Shown: positions 15,001 through 30,000 of the stretch, in pieces | How the letters are laid out: each line of letters starts with the position of its first letter | Position numbering within the stretch: position 1 is the stretch's first letter | Origin: an uncultured Coriobacteriia bacterium | GTDB lineage: Bacteria > Actinomycetota > Coriobacteriia > Coriobacteriales > QAMH01 | NCBI GenBank assembly: GCA_948466335.1 | Contig: CAOKAE010000001.1 | Span: 162,664-226,663 of the forward strand | Length of the DNA stretch: 64,000 bases | Direction of reading: 5' to 3' | Position numbers and translations under genes: made by a program | Notes under the pieces: model-generated | The model's database searches: none | The model's input: the letters and a program-made list of their open reading frames with translations, nothing else | Told to the model about the DNA's origin: nothing

Positions 15001-18000
15001 ATCCCAAGAACGGCTCCAAGCCCGCCGGCACCATCACCTACACCTGGGAACTCCATAACAGCGCCGACCGCAACCCCGACTTCTGGTGGCGCTACTTCGC
15101 CGAGGAGACCGTCTTCAACGGCGTGACCTATGCGCCCGGTACGCTCATCATGGGCGTTGCCGACCTCAACAACGACGGTAAGATCGACAACCGCGTCTCC
15201 ATCACGCCGGGCGCCGAGCCCTGGCTGCCCTGGTTGCCTTCCGTCGCCCGCAGCGCGGTGCTCCACGTGGTGACCGTGGCCCACGATGCAACCGGCACCA
15301 AGATCAACCCCATCAACCTCGCGAGCTGGTTTGCCGGCTACACGAGCCTCGTCACCTTCGACGGTGCGGGCATGGACACCAAGAACACCCTGAGCTTCGA
15401 GAGCCTCTTCGCGGGCGACTCCAAGCTCGAGGAAGTCGACATCGCCGGTTGGGACATGCGCACGAACAACTTCGGCTCTGCCGGCACCGACGACGAGGGC
15501 AACGACATCCCCATCCTCACCGGCTACGCCAACATGTTCGAGGGCTGCACCGCCCTCAGGAAGATCGTGGTGGGCGGCAACGCCGCGCTCCAGGCAACGG
15601 GCTTCAACGCCATCGACGGCCGCAACGAGACCTTCGGCATGTGGCGCACCGATGCCGGTGATGGCACGCTGTTCGACCATACCTGGTTCGAGACGAGCTC
15701 CGGCTTGGCCACGCGCTTCGACACGGCGGGCAACGGCAGCAGCTACGGCACGCGCGTCGAGTTCGTCTGGGTGCCGGGCAAGGGCGGCCATTTCGTGGGC
15801 AACGCCGATGCCTGGTGGGCCTACGATTCCGAGGCCAACACGCTCTATCTGGGCTCCGTCAACGGCAAGCAGGTGGTGACCTGTGCGGCCAATAACCTGC
15901 CGTGGAAGGGTATCGTGGATACCACCAAGGTTGAGACGGTCATAAGCTGCGGCGAGCTGGCTCCCACCTCCACCGTAGGCTGGTTCGCGGCCGATCCCTA
16001 CGCCTACGAGCTTATCGACGGCACCTATCTCATCCATTACTTCAACCACAGCAATGGTTATTACTTGACGGGTATCGGCAACGGTAACATCACCACCAAC
16101 CAGGCTGCAGCCAATGCGCAGTGGGAGATCAAGGCTGCCGGTTCCACGGGCCGTGGTACCTACTACACGCTCAAGAACCTCGGCACCGGCGCCTACATGA
16201 GCTACGGAAGCGGCAATAACGCCCGCTACTTCTTCCTGCGCAACTTCTCGCGCTCCGGCTACAACCGCACCATCGTCATTCCCTATAACGACCAGGGGCT
16301 GGCCCTCGACCTTTCTTATGGCAACACGTCCACCGGCCTTACCCAGTGGCATCGCAACAACCGTCAGGACCTCTGGGGTTGGTACACCGATAGCGAGACC
16401 ACGAGCTACATCTCGAATGGCGAGTCCAACGCCTATGCCTGGTCCATGGAGCTTATCTCCGGCAACTTCCAGAGCCTCAAGGAATTCGATGCCACGGGCT
16501 TCGACTTCTCCGACACCACAAGCGTCCAGAACATACTCGGTCGCAACGAGACCCTCGAGAAGATCACCCTCGACCAGTACAACTACCTCACCGACTCCGG
16601 CCTTAAGGCCCATCAGGGCAACCTCGGTGCCTGGATCAACGTCACCGCCGATGATCCCGACTGGTGGGGCACCACCTCCAACCTCGTGAACCGCTACCCG
16701 GCGGGCTTCGGCGGCGTGGGCAACGACCCGGCCAACAACATCGGCAAGCAGACCTACGTCTGGCAGACCGAGCACGTGGGCGGTCGCTTCCCGAGCAACG
16801 ACGCCGCCTGGTGGCGCTACTTCGTCGACGAGACCGAGTACAAGGGCACGACCTACCCGGCCGGTACGCTGCTGCTGGGCGTCGACAACGTCGAGACCTC
16901 CACCACCAAGAGCACCGACGTGACCGAGACCGGGCCCACGATGCCCTGGATGGAGGTTCTGCCCAAGGGTTCCATCACTCACATCATGACCTCGCTGCAG
17001 ACGGGCACGCGCCTGCATCCCACCTCCATGGCCTCGTGGTTCGAAAACACGAATGATTACTACACCGGCCTCGTCGATGCCGACCTGAGCAACCTGAAGG
17101 TCGATGCCCAGACCGCGAGCTTCGAGAAGCTCTTCTACAAGTCCCCGGTCCAGTCCGTGAACATCTCCGGTGGCTCTGTCGCCAACGTGGAGACCGCCTC
17201 GCCCTGGCAGATGAGCCAGTCGGCGCCGCGCGCCAACATGTTCGGCGAGGCCAACAGCCTCGTGGAGCTCACCTTGGGCATGGGCAACATCCTCACCGGC
17301 ACCGGCATCGAGGAAATCGTCAAGAAGCGCATGAACTCCACCGACCCCGACAACGTCGCCGCCCGTTGGCGTGTCGAGGAAGTCGATGGCCATGCCGCCT
17401 ACCGCGACTTCAAGGTGAGCGACTACTACGTGACCCTGGGTACCGACAAGGATCCCGGTATCGTCACGCTCTACGGCAAGAGCAACAACGCCTTTGCCGG
17501 CAACTCCAACACCTGGGGCGTCATCAAGTGGCATTGGTACCCGGGCACTATCGTGCGCTTCCACAGCAACAAGGAGTCGCTGCCCAGTGATGTCACCATC
17601 ACGGGAAGCATGGCCGACGCCTTCGTGCCCTACGACTTCGCCTACACCATTCCCAATCCGTCCGACCAAAGCGGCGATGGCAGCGTTTCCGACGGCTTCC
17701 AGATCGAGGAATACCGCCTGCTGTGGTGGAACACCGTGTCCCAGCCCACCGTCACCTCCCGAGGCACCGAGTTCAAGGCCGGCGAGAAGATTATGCCCAC
17801 GGCCAGCCATCCGGTCTTCGGCCGCGAGTACACCGACCTCTACGCCCAGTGGGCGCCCATTCGCTACTCGACGCTGCAGTTCGTGGCCAACGACGCCCAT
17901 GGCGGTGCCGCCGACATCAACGGCGATGCCGGTGACGATGTCATCATCCCCGACTACAACGAGGGCCAAAACGATACCGACCACTACTACATGCTCGGTT

Positions 18001-21000
18001 ACGACATCGCCGGTTGGTACACTAAGCCCTCGCTTTCCGAGGCCGGCACGCGCTACAACACGGGCGACGTCTACCGCCTGCGTTGGGAGAGCGTCGCCGA
18101 CATGGGCATCGACGTCGAGATCAGGGAAGTCGTCGACGACCTGGGCAACGTCACCTACCGTGCCTTCCAGACGCTCTACGCCATCTGGGAGCCCCATGGC
18201 GGCTTCGTCCTGAACTACGATCTGGGTGGCGGATCGCCCGCCATCGAGGATAGGACCGACATCCTCTGGGTCGACACGAACCTCATTCCCGAGCAGGATT
18301 CCGTCCGTGACGGCTACGAATTCCTCGGGTGGTTCTACATCTTCAACGACGCCGGCGACCGCGCCCAGGCCACGGCCGAGACGCCGTTCCACACCATCGC
18401 CCGCGACGTCGACGACAACACGGTCGTGCCCACGCTCTACGCCATGTGGAAGCCCGGCAAGATCGAGATCAAGTACGAGGCAGACGGCAACGGCACCGTC
18501 TCGTCCGTCATCAACTCTGATGACGGCAGGACTGCCTCCGAGATCGTCGACCTCGACATCGACGCCACCGGCCGCCTCGACATCAAGGGTGCCTTCGCCA
18601 GCCCCGCCACCGGTTATCACTTCGACCGCTGGACCAACTCCATCGACAGCTCGCTCGGTCGCCGCGACACGCTCGACGCCGATACCATCTTCGGTGTCAT
18701 CAACGATGACGGCACCTTCCATCCCGTCACCTTCACGGCGCACTTCGCCCCCAACACCTACACGATCAAGTACTACGAGAATGGTGGCTTCGGCTCGCTG
18801 GCCGATGACCGCGCCACCTACGGCGTCTACCTGCAGCTCGCCGTGGGCGGCACGCTGGACGGCATCTTCCGCGACGGCTACCGCTTCATCGGTTGGAACA
18901 CCGCGGCCGACGGTTCCGGTACCGCCTACGAGCCCGGTGCCCGCGTCAACGACTTTGCCGGCCGCAACGGCGAGATCATCACGCTCTATGCCCAGTGGGC
19001 CGAGCTCCAGACGACCATCGTCTTCACCGCCGCGCCCGTGGCCGGCGGCGTCCAGCCCGTCACCGATACCATCCCCGAGGGCATGACCGGCGTGAGCTGG
19101 CGTGGAAACCCGGCCACCGACAGCCTCATCGAGCTCGTGGACGACAACGGCAAGGTCCATGCGAGCTGGACGAAGACCGAGCTCGGCTGGACGCTCTCCA
19201 TCATGCGCGTGAGCGGCGCGGCCACCGCAGCCGCCGCGGCACTGCGCGGCTACCAGTTCGTCGAGTGGATCGATGCTGCGACGGGCAAGGTCGTCTCCAC
19301 CGACGCCCGCTTCACCCCGATGCGTGCGGACGGCGTCACCACCTGGCCTGCCACGCTCTCCTTCATCGCCACCTTCAGGCCCAACACGTTCAACATCGCC
19401 TTTGACGTCAACGCCGATACGGGCAAGAACGCCCCCGCCGACATCACGGCCACCTACGGCACCTCGCTGCGCCTGCCCACCACGGCCGGCAACTCGCAGA
19501 CGGGCACTCCCGCCATGACGCGTCCGGGCTACAAGTTCGTGGGCTGGAACACGGCGGCCGACGGCTCCGGTGACATGTTCGGTGATGCCGAGCTGCTGGC
19601 GGGCAGCGCCATCAACAAGCTCGTCGATGGCATTGCCACCATCCAGGACGCCACGGTGACGCTCTTCGCCCAGTGGGAGCCACTCAAGTACCTCGTGAGC
19701 TTCCGCCCCGGCGCCGATGACGCCACGGGCTCCATGGACGATCTGCAGCTCACCTATGGCGTCTCGAGCAAGCTGCCGACCAACACCCTGACCCGTCCCG
19801 GCTACGACTTCAAGGGTTGGGCGACCATCCCCAATTCCCCGACGGTGGAGTACGCCGATGGTGCGCCGGTCTTCAACCTCGTCGATGATGGCCACACCTT
19901 CACGCTGTTCGCCGTGTGGGCCGCCCGCCTCTACAACGTGAGCTTCAACACGGCCGACGCCTCCCATGGCAACGTCGCCTCCGGCAGCACCGCCCAGGTC
20001 TACTACGGCCAGCACCTGACCGCAGACCAGATTCCCGGTGTCACGCCCACGGCTCCCTACGAGTTCTCGCACTGGACCTACGTGATGCAGCTTGCGGGTG
20101 GCGGCACCATCACCGGTATCGCCAAGAGCCCCACCGAGGTCATCATCCGCGGCATCACCACCTTCACGGCCCAGTGGAAGAATGACCAGGTCTTCAACAT
20201 TCGCTACTACCAGGGCGATCACGGCGTCTTCCCCGACATCGACGGCAAGACCTACTGGATTGGCGTGGCCGCCGGCTCCGCCTTCCCGCTGTTCGCCAAC
20301 GGGGCCGAGGTCGATCCCGACCTCCTCGACGACATCAACTCCAACGCCCGTAACTTCGGCCTGCCCAAGACGAGCCCCGGCTGGAAGTTCGTGGGTTGGG
20401 AGTGGGTCATCGACGGCGTCACTTACACGACCGTGGACGGCAAGAACGAGCTTCCCGCCACGGTGACCTGCACCATGAGCCTGCGCGCCATCTTCAGGCT
20501 CTCCGGCCAGGTGCTCTCCTTCGATGCCAACGGCGGTACCGTCACGGCCGAGGGTGCCGAGTCCATGAGCGCCACGCGCTACCTCACCGGTGCTCCCGCC
20601 AAGCTGCCCGAGGCCAACGCGGTCGTGCGCGATGGCTACGTGTTCACCGGCTGGGGCATGACCAAGGACGGCGCCGCCATCTACGCGCCGGGCCAGACCA
20701 TCCAGATGTTCATCGAGAACACCACCCTGTACGCCATCTGGGAGGCCAACACCTACACGCTGGCCTTTGACACCCAGGGCGGCTCCGCGGTGCCCTCGCT
20801 CACCGGCGTGCACTTCACCGACACCAACCTGCTCGCGGGCGTCGAGACTCCGACCAAGCCCGGCTATCGCTTCCGCGGCTGGTACAACGGCACCGGAGAG
20901 GCCAACACCGAAATCGACGAGAACACCATCTTCGCCTCGCTCGTGAGCTCGTCTGCTGCCGGCAGCGTTGGCACCATCTACGCGCGCTGGGAGGAAGTGC

Positions 21001-24000
21001 CCGGCACGATCACCTACACGGCCGTCACCGTGGACGCCACCACCGGCGAGCGCACGCCCACCAAGGGTGGTTACGTGAGCGTACGCGAGGAGACGCTACC
21101 CGCCGTGAGCGGCATCCCCGGCGGTTCGTCCGCCTACGTGCTCACCGGCTACACCTTCGTGCGCTGGATTGACGAGTCGGGCAACACCGTGAGCTGGGAC
21201 GCGAACTTCGTGCCCACCAAGGGCATCTACGATCCCACCAAGGGCGTCTACGCCATCTGGGAGAATCCCACCAGGTACTACGCGGTGTTCACCGCCCAGG
21301 ACTTCACCGTGCGCTTCGACGTCAACGGCGGCACGGGCTCGCTCGACGACATGATCTTCACCTACGACACCTCGCGTACCCTGCCCACTGCCGAGCAGGG
21401 CGGCATCACGCGCGTGGGTTACGACTTCGCCGGTTGGACCACCGGCGCCGATGGCTCCGGCCAGCTCATCGCCGATGGCGCCACGGTCAAGAACCTCGCG
21501 GGAGCCGAAGGTGGCGTCGTCACGCTCTACGCCTACTGGACCGTCCACGCCTTCAAGCTCACGCTCTCGGCCAACGGCGGCACGCCCAACGGCACCGTGC
21601 CGGAGGGCACCTACACCTACGATGGCAACACCATCATCTACAGCCTCTTCGCCAACTCGACCCAGCACCTGGCCGCCGCCAACGCCTTCGTGCGTCCCGG
21701 CTACGTGCTCGACGGTTGGGCGGAGACGGCCGGGGGCACGGTGCGCTGGAATCCGTCGGCCACCTTCACGATGCCCACGGGCGATACCGTCCTCTACGCG
21801 CACTGGACGCCCATCACCTACACGGTGAGCTTCGCACCGGGCGTTTCGGACGCGACGGGTTCCATGCCCGCGTCCGTCTTCACCTACGACGTGCCGCGCG
21901 CGCTTCCCAAGAACACCTTCTCGCTCAACGGCTACGTCTTCGACGGCTGGCGCGACGCCGCCGGCAACAAGTACGCCGACATGGCCACCATCGTGAACCT
22001 CTCCAGTCAAGCGGGAAGCGACTTCGTCCTCTACGCCACCTGGACGCCCCGCGTCTACGCGGTCAGCTTCGTCTCCTCCGAGCCCAACCGCGGCACCGTC
22101 ACCTACACGCCGCGTCAGGTCGCCACGGGCGGTCACGTGGATATGACCCTCGTGCACACGAAGCCCAACACGGCCGGTGGCTGGCAGCTGCGCGTGTGGA
22201 CCTACGTCATGACCTTCGATGACACGACCTTCATCACCGGCGAGACGCCCGACCCGGCGCAGATCGCCATCCTGGGCACCACGGTCTTCACCGCCCAGTG
22301 GGCCAGCATCATCGCCGTCTCCTACCTGCCCGGCGAGCATGGCTCCTGGAACTACGGTGCGCAGGGCACCCTCTACGAGGGCCTCAACCACGGTGACCAG
22401 GCACCGCACTTCGGCTTCACCGCGGCCGTGGGCGGCAACAAGATCCCGTCGCTGTTCGCGGCCAACGGCAGCCCGCTGGGCGAGACGGCCGCCGATGGCG
22501 TCACCTGGGAATTCGCCTACTGGATCGGCGGTGACGGCAACAGGTACAAGATCGTCGCCGACATGATCGTGAGCTACGAGAGCAACCGCCCCGTGATCAT
22601 CACCGGTCCGTTCTCGTTCACGGCTCACTGGAAGCGCACGTCCACCGTCAACTTCCAGCTCGAGGGCGGCCTGTGGACGAGCTCCACGCCCACCACGAGC
22701 TACACGGTCACCACGAACACCTCGCCGCTCGAGGACGTCGAGTCCATCAGGCTGCCGGGCCTGTCTGACGTCACCCGCGCGGGCTGGCGCTTCGACGGCT
22801 GGTCGCTTTCCGCCGGTGGCACGGTGCTCTACGCACCCGGCGCCACCATCACGGCCCCCAGCATCAACATGACGCTCTACGCGCATTGGACCGCACGCCT
22901 CTACACCGTCGCCTACGAGACCGGAGACGGCACCTACATCCGCACGCGCACGGACGTGACCTGGGATTCCACCGACGTCGTTCCCGCGCCGGCAACGCGC
23001 GTGGGCTACGTCTTCCTCGGCTGGCACACCGATGCCACCATCGACGAGGAGAACTGGCGCGAGGACCAGCTTGGCCGCGGTCTTGCCTTCGCGGCCATTG
23101 CTAGGCTCCTCGGTGCCGATGACTCCATCGCCCGCGTGACGCTGTACGCCTGGTTCACCCCCGAGCGCGCCGAGCTGCACTATGCGGTGGGCGCCGGCAA
23201 CGGTTCGGTGAGCCGTGACTTCGAGGTTGTCAACGCCGGCGATGGCAAGCCCATGGGTTCGACGGCCGTGGCCGCTCCCGGTTACGTCTTCGAGGGCTGG
23301 TACGATGCCCGTGGCAACCTCGCCCCCCATGGCCGCAACGCCACCTTCGCGCCCACCAAGGACGCCGACGACGTCTGGTTCACGGGTACCACGTGGTACG
23401 CACGCTTCGCACCCATCACCTACACCATCGTCTTCGACGGCAACGGTGCCGATGCCACTTCGCCGGGCATGCAGGACATGACGGCCTCCTACGAGGTTCC
23501 CTCGGCGCTCGCCATGGTCGGCGTGAAGTTCACGAAGGAAGCCTACGTCTTCGACGGTTGGAACACCGCCGCCGACGGCACGGGCACGGCCTACGCCGAC
23601 GGCGCCACCGTCGTGAACCTCGCCACCGTCCAGGATGCCGTCGTCAGGCTCTACGCGCAGTGGCGCGTCGTGGGCTACACCATCAACTACGATCGCAATA
23701 ACGACGTGCGCGGCTCGGTCACCTCGCCTCCCAACGGGGCGCTGCACAAGGTCGACGAGCCCTTCACGCTCGCCACGGCGGCCGACACCGTCGAGATGTG
23801 GCGCCTTGGCTACGTCTTCGACGGCTGGTGCGACGCCGCCCATCGCGATGACGCCACGGCCCAGTACGCCTTCGGCGCGTCGGTCACCCTCGAGATGCTG
23901 TGTGGCGACGAGGATCCGCGCGACTTCACCCTCTACGCGCACTGGACGCCCATCACCTACACCGTCTCGTTCCACGGTAACGTCTGGGATGCCTACTTCA

Positions 24001-27000
24001 CCGGCGGCGATGACCTGCCGCAGACCGTGACCGTCAGGTACGGCGAGCAGGTCTCGCTGGCCAACCGCTTCACCCGCGCCGGCAACCACTGGATCGGCTG
24101 GACCGTCGAGGGCACGAGCCTCTTCACCCAGACGAGCTCCCAGGGCTACATCTCCAATCTCGCCACCCTCGAGGGCGCGGTCGTTCACTTCTACGCCCTG
24201 TGGGAGGCGGAGCGCGTCAACGTCGTCTTCGCCAGCGAGAACGGCACGCGCGGCACGGTCGATGGCGAGGACAGCCAGGCCGTGTGGTACGGCAAGTACC
24301 CCGCGTACGACAAGGTCATCACGGCTCCCGGCCGCGGCTGGTACCTCGTGGGCTGGGACGTCACCTACGTCACCGGTGACGGTTCGGTCAACACCCAGAC
24401 CGGTCTCGACGTCAACGCGCCGGCCACCTTCCAAATCCTCGGTCCCACCACCTTCCTCGCGCGCTGGAAGGAAGCCATCATCGTCAACTACCTGCCGGGC
24501 GACCACGCCGCCGACGGCGCCTTCCCCGATCCGGCTGTCGAGAACGAGACGATCTTCACCCACGTGGCCCCGCTGGGTAAGTTCCCCGCCTACGCCAACA
24601 GCATCGGCGCGCTGCCCGAGGGTGCTGTGGATGCCGACGGCGCGAGCTGGTACTTCGCCGGTTGGGAGATCCATTGGAAGCTGCGTGGCCAGGAGGGCTA
24701 CGTGGGCGATGCCGTGAGCATCTTCCAGGTCGATCTCTCCCAGGTTGCCGACCTCACCGTCGTGTTCCCCGGCAAGGCCGAGGATGACGAGCGCGTCTAC
24801 GACATCGACGTCATTGCCCTGTGGGCACCGGCTGACTACTACGTCATCTTCGACGCCAATGAGCCCGAGGGTGCCGATGCCCATACGGGCATCATGCCTC
24901 CCAAGCAGGGCTTCCTCTTCGACTCGAAGATCGCGCTCACCAACAACGCCTACGTGGTCAGCGGCTACACCTTTGCCGGTTGGAACACTAAGGCCGACGG
25001 TACGGGCACGTCCTATGCCGACGGCGCGGTGACCGGCATCCTCGAGAGCTTCTCCGACTGGTTCAGCACCGATCCCGAGAAGACCCTCAAGCTCTTTGCC
25101 CAGTGGACGGCAAAGACCTATGACGTCACCGTCGACCTGCGCGACGGCGCTCCCGGCACCCTTTCCGCCGGCACGAGCGGCGTCAAGGACTTCATCGCCC
25201 AGACCATCACCCTGGGCACGGCGAGCCACGTGGTCTACGTCGCCACCGAGACCTACGGCGTGGGCGTGGAATCGGCCATCAACCTGGTCGTCAACAAGGG
25301 CTATCGCCTGGCTGGCTGGGAGTGGAGCGCCGTCAAGGACGATGGCACCACGGTCACCGGCACCGTTACCGTGGACGACGGCGATGCCAACTTCGGCCTC
25401 GGCAAGCTCACGGTGCTCGGCACCGTCACCGCCTACGCGGTCTTCGAGCAGCTCTCCAGCGTGAGCTACCTGCCCGGCGACCACGGCAACTGGACCGGCA
25501 CGGCCACCACGGGCTCCACCGGCACCTTCTTCGACGACATTCGCATCGGCACGGCCGTCCCGACCTTCGGCACCGGCAATGGCGCCCTGCTCGTCGACGT
25601 TCCCGGTCTGGGCAAGCTGCCCGGCGCCGATGACGACTCCAACTGGCTGTTCAACGGCTGGCGCGGAAGCGACGGCAAGGTCTACGCCGATTACGTCATT
25701 CCCGCCGACGTGCTGGTCACCGCCGGCGGCATGACCTTCACGGCCCTGTGGGTGGCCAAGGACCAGACCCTCACGCTCAACGCCAACGGCGGCGCGTTCG
25801 CCAACGGCACCGCCGACACCATCACGGCCATCGCCAAGACCGACGTCACCCTGCCCGGTACCGCCGACGTCGTGCTCACCGGCTGGATTCTCGACGGCTG
25901 GTCGCTCGCGGCCGGCGGTGCGATCCTCTACGCGCCGGGCGAGACCATCAAGATGCCCACGGCTCCCACCACGCTGTTCGCGCATTGGAAGCAGGACTAC
26001 GTCGAGGTCTCCTACGAGGTCAAGGCCGACGGCTCCAACTACTACGGTCACATCACCGGCCCGGCAGGCGCCGGCAACGGCATCGTGTGGGTCGAGCAGA
26101 CGGTCTCCGACCCCCGCGGCACCTACGTGCCGGCCTACGCCGATCCCTCCTACAACAAGCTCGTCAACATCAAGGGCACCCAGTCGCTGTCCGCCGTCTC
26201 CGGCGACGCGCTCGACCCGTCCAACCTCTCCAACATGCTCTACGCCGGTCCGTTCACCCTCACCGCCAACGCCTTCGAGGGCTACCGCTTCGTGCGCTGG
26301 GTCGACGAGGATGGCAACGAGGTCTCGACCAACCCCTCGCTGCTCGTCACGCGCGATACCCTCACCGGCCGCTACAAGGCGCACACCTACTACGCGATCT
26401 TCGCCGAGCTCGAGAGCGTCACCATCGACTACACCGTCTCCGACAGCAACGTCGTGTGGGTCGACTTCGCGACCGAGGCCGTGCCCCCCGTCTCCGGTAC
26501 CCCGCGCACCAATGTCGCCCATGTCTCGGCCGGCTACGTGATCGAGGGTTGGTACGACGCCGCGGGCAACAAGGTCGGCAGCGGCGACAGCTTCACGCCG
26601 AGCCGCGGCGCCGACGGCATGTACGTCGCCGGTTCCTACGTCGTGCGCGTCATCCCCAAGACCGACACGCCGTTCGTCATCGAGTACTGGCTGCAGGACA
26701 CCACGGGCGCCTTCGTCAAGGATGCCGCCTCCACCGTCAAGGGCACCGGCTCCACCGACCTCGTGCTCACCATCAACGCCGACGGCACCATCTCCGGCGT
26801 GCCCGCCGATGGCGTCATCACGCTGCCCGCCGGCAACCTCATCCTGAGCTTCGCCGGCCACAGCTTCAGCGCCTCGGCTTCCACGCTCACCGGCGCCATC
26901 GCCGCCGACGGCAGCCTGGCGCTCAAGCTCTACTACACCAACAACACGCTCACCAACCCGACCATCATCTACAACGCCGGCACGGGCGGTTCGGTCACGC

Positions 27001-30000
27001 TTGGCAGCGAGCAGATCGACATCACCGTGACGCCCATCCCGTCGCCCATCGGCTCCACGCCCGTCGCGGCTCCCGGCTACCAGTTCAGCCACTGGCAGGT
27101 GGGCGACGACCCCGACATGCAGCTGAACATCGGCATCTCCTCGCTCTTCACCCCGCCCACGCCCGATGGCGGCTGGCTCGAGAAGACCGTGTACGCCTAC
27201 ACGGCCATCTTCATCGAGCTCCCGTCCATCACCATCAACTATGTCGCGGGCACCGGCGGTAGCGTCTCGCTCGGAAGCGAGAGCGTGAGGCCCGCCACGG
27301 GCACGCCCGCCGGCTCACTTGCCACGGCCAACCCCGGCTACGCGTTTGACCACTGGGAGGACGAGTTCGGCAACGTCGTCATGTACGACGCCACCAACAA
27401 GGCCCCGGCGCACCTCGTGCCGCCGCGCAACGCCGATGGCGTCTTCGTCGCGACCACCTACACGGCCATCTTCGTCGCCCTGCCCGTCGACTACACGGTG
27501 CAGCACTACAAGGTCGACCGCTATGGCAACGTGACGCTCATCAGGACCGACACCGACCAGGCCTACGCCGGCACCACCGTCACCGCCACGCCCATCGACA
27601 CCACCGCCGACGGGCTGTGGGCCGGCTACACCTACGCGCCCGGCCATTCCGGCGAGGTCTCCGTCGGCGTCGTCATGGTCAACCCGACGCTCGTCCTCAA
27701 GCTCTACTACACCGCCAACTCCGACACGCCCTACATCGTGTACCGCTACCAGCTCGATGGCAACGGCGTGTTCACGCAACTACCCAGCGAGAGCTACACC
27801 GGCTACACCGACGACACCGTCACCACGACGCCCAACGTGCCGGTCGGCTACCAGCTCGTCGCCGACGGCACCTACGCCTCCGGCATCCTGGCCGGCATCC
27901 CGACGCAGCTCGCCACCAAGCTCTCCGGCATGATCACCGGCGACGGCAAGCTCGTCCTCATCCACGTCTTCGAGGCCGTCAAGGTCCAGTACGTCGTCAA
28001 CTACTGGAAGATTCCGGGCTCGGCCCTCACCCAGGGCGACCCGCTGTCCTTCAAGGCACCGGCCGCGCCGAGCCAGACCTTCTACGACTACACGGGCGTG
28101 AGGGTCACGGCCGTGCCGCCCTCCATCCCCGGCTACACCTACGTGCTGCCCAGCGCCCATCGCGAGATGTATCCCAGCGTCGACACCGGCGTGGTGCTCG
28201 GCGACGGCACGCTCGTCCTCAACCTCTACTTCGAGGCCGACTACCACACGCTCACCCTCGTTCCCAACACGGGCGCCGGCGCGGGCACCTGGGCACCCGG
28301 TTACTCGGCCTTCGGCTCGACGCTGCTGCGCAGCGAGACCGAGACCACGCTGCCCACCACCACGCACCTGCGCAATCCCGGCTACACCTTCAAGGGTTGG
28401 GCCACCGAGAACGGCGGGGCCGTCGTCCACGCTCCCGGCGCGACCATCGCCATCGGCACGGCCGACATCACGCTCTACGCCGTGTGGGAGGCCAACACCG
28501 ATACGCCCTACACCATCGAGCGCTACCAGCTCAACGCCGACGGCACCATCACCAAGCTGCCCAACCTGACGGGTACGGGCACCACGGGCGAGTCGGTCAC
28601 CACCGTGCCGGTCGCTCCTGATGGCTACCAGGTTCCCACCACCGACTACATCACCGGCCTGTGGGACGGCAACCCGGTCTACCGCATCGACGAGATTCTC
28701 ACCGGCGTCATCACCGGCGACGGCAAGCTCAAGCTCGTGCACGTGTTCATCCCCGTGGCGGGCAACTACGTCGTGAAGATCTTCAAGGTCGATGGCATGG
28801 GCAACGCCATCCAGGTCGACGTGGACGGCAACGAGCTGGCCGCGGGCGACGTGCTGCTCGAGGGCTACAAGCATGCCGGTGCCGTCGGCTCCAACGTCAT
28901 CGTCGACTCCGCGAGTGCCACCGACACCCCCGGTTTCATCTACCACGCCTATGCTTCCAACCCGCCCCGTGGCTACAGCTACCTGGGCGATGCCGTGAGC
29001 TTCGTTGTCAACGGCAGGACCTACCTCACCATCGCCTCGGGCGTGATCGGCGACCAGACCCTCGAGCTCGTCATCTACTTCGAGCCCAACACCTACGAGC
29101 TCACCTACGTCACCGGCGATCCCACCGATCCGGATGCGGGCAAGTGGGTCGGCGCGGGCGACTCCTCGCCGGCCACGCAGTTCGGCTACGAGCTCAACGT
29201 GCCCGCCAACGGCACGCTGGCCGTGGTCACCCGCACGGGCTACGAGCTTCTGGGTTGGACCACCGTCGCCACCTACAGCGTGCGCGCCGATGGCACCATC
29301 GTCGCCGCCGGTACCGACGGCCTCGACGTCAAGGAAATCGTGAACGCCCGTGGCCAGGAGGCCATCGACGTCGCCACCTGGCTCGCCACCCTGGCGGCCG
29401 GCACCTACTACGCCGCGGGCGACACCTTCAAGATGCCGGCCAACGACATGAGCCTCTACGCGGTGTGGACGCCCACGCTCACCAACTACTACGTGAACCG
29501 CTACAGCGTGGCCAAGGATGGCTCGGTCACCCTCATCGACTCGGTGACGCGCACCGCTCCCACTCACACCACGGCTGCGGCCACCGATGCCGACAAGGAG
29601 ATCGTCGGACAGTTCTACCGCGTCCCGGGTGGCGCGGAGCCGTCCAGCATCGACTCGGTGCTCATCACGCCCGATGGCCTGGCCATGATCAAGCTGTACT
29701 TCGACGTCACCGCCGACACCGAGTACACGGTCGAGTTCCTGCGCTACACGGGCACCGGCCTCATCGAGCCCATCAACGCCTTCAAGGCCAACGCGACGAG
29801 CGCGGGTGGCGCGGCCGTCTACGACGAGACCGCCACGGCCAATCCGTCCGGCGCCGACACCAACATGCTGCTGTTCAGGGGCTACGCCAACACGCGTATC
29901 TACGTTGACCAGAACGGCACCGACACGCAGCTCATCTACTACAACAACTGCCTGGCCAAGATTGCGGCGGCTGCCATCACCGGCTACGCCTACGATGCCA

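Larger units (their letters stand above)
3..17549 (+). other. Giant protein block 1: about 19 supermodules of BspA/DUF285-type ~26-residue leucine-rich repeats
   Basis: Each 230-330 aa supermodule has 3-6 tandem units of the form W(D/N)TSxVTxFxxMFxGCxxLxxL (e.g. WDTSHVTNFAHMFRNTKDL, WNTSSVTDFSSMFAGDTAL). These are followed by a conserved linker VLxGTG...G.W...WF...L..RY...YTW...GGRF.SN..AWW.Y...LT(I/L)G.D...VTE...LPW. I counted GRF..WW landmarks about 19 times. Boundaries are approximate. Confidence 0.75.
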
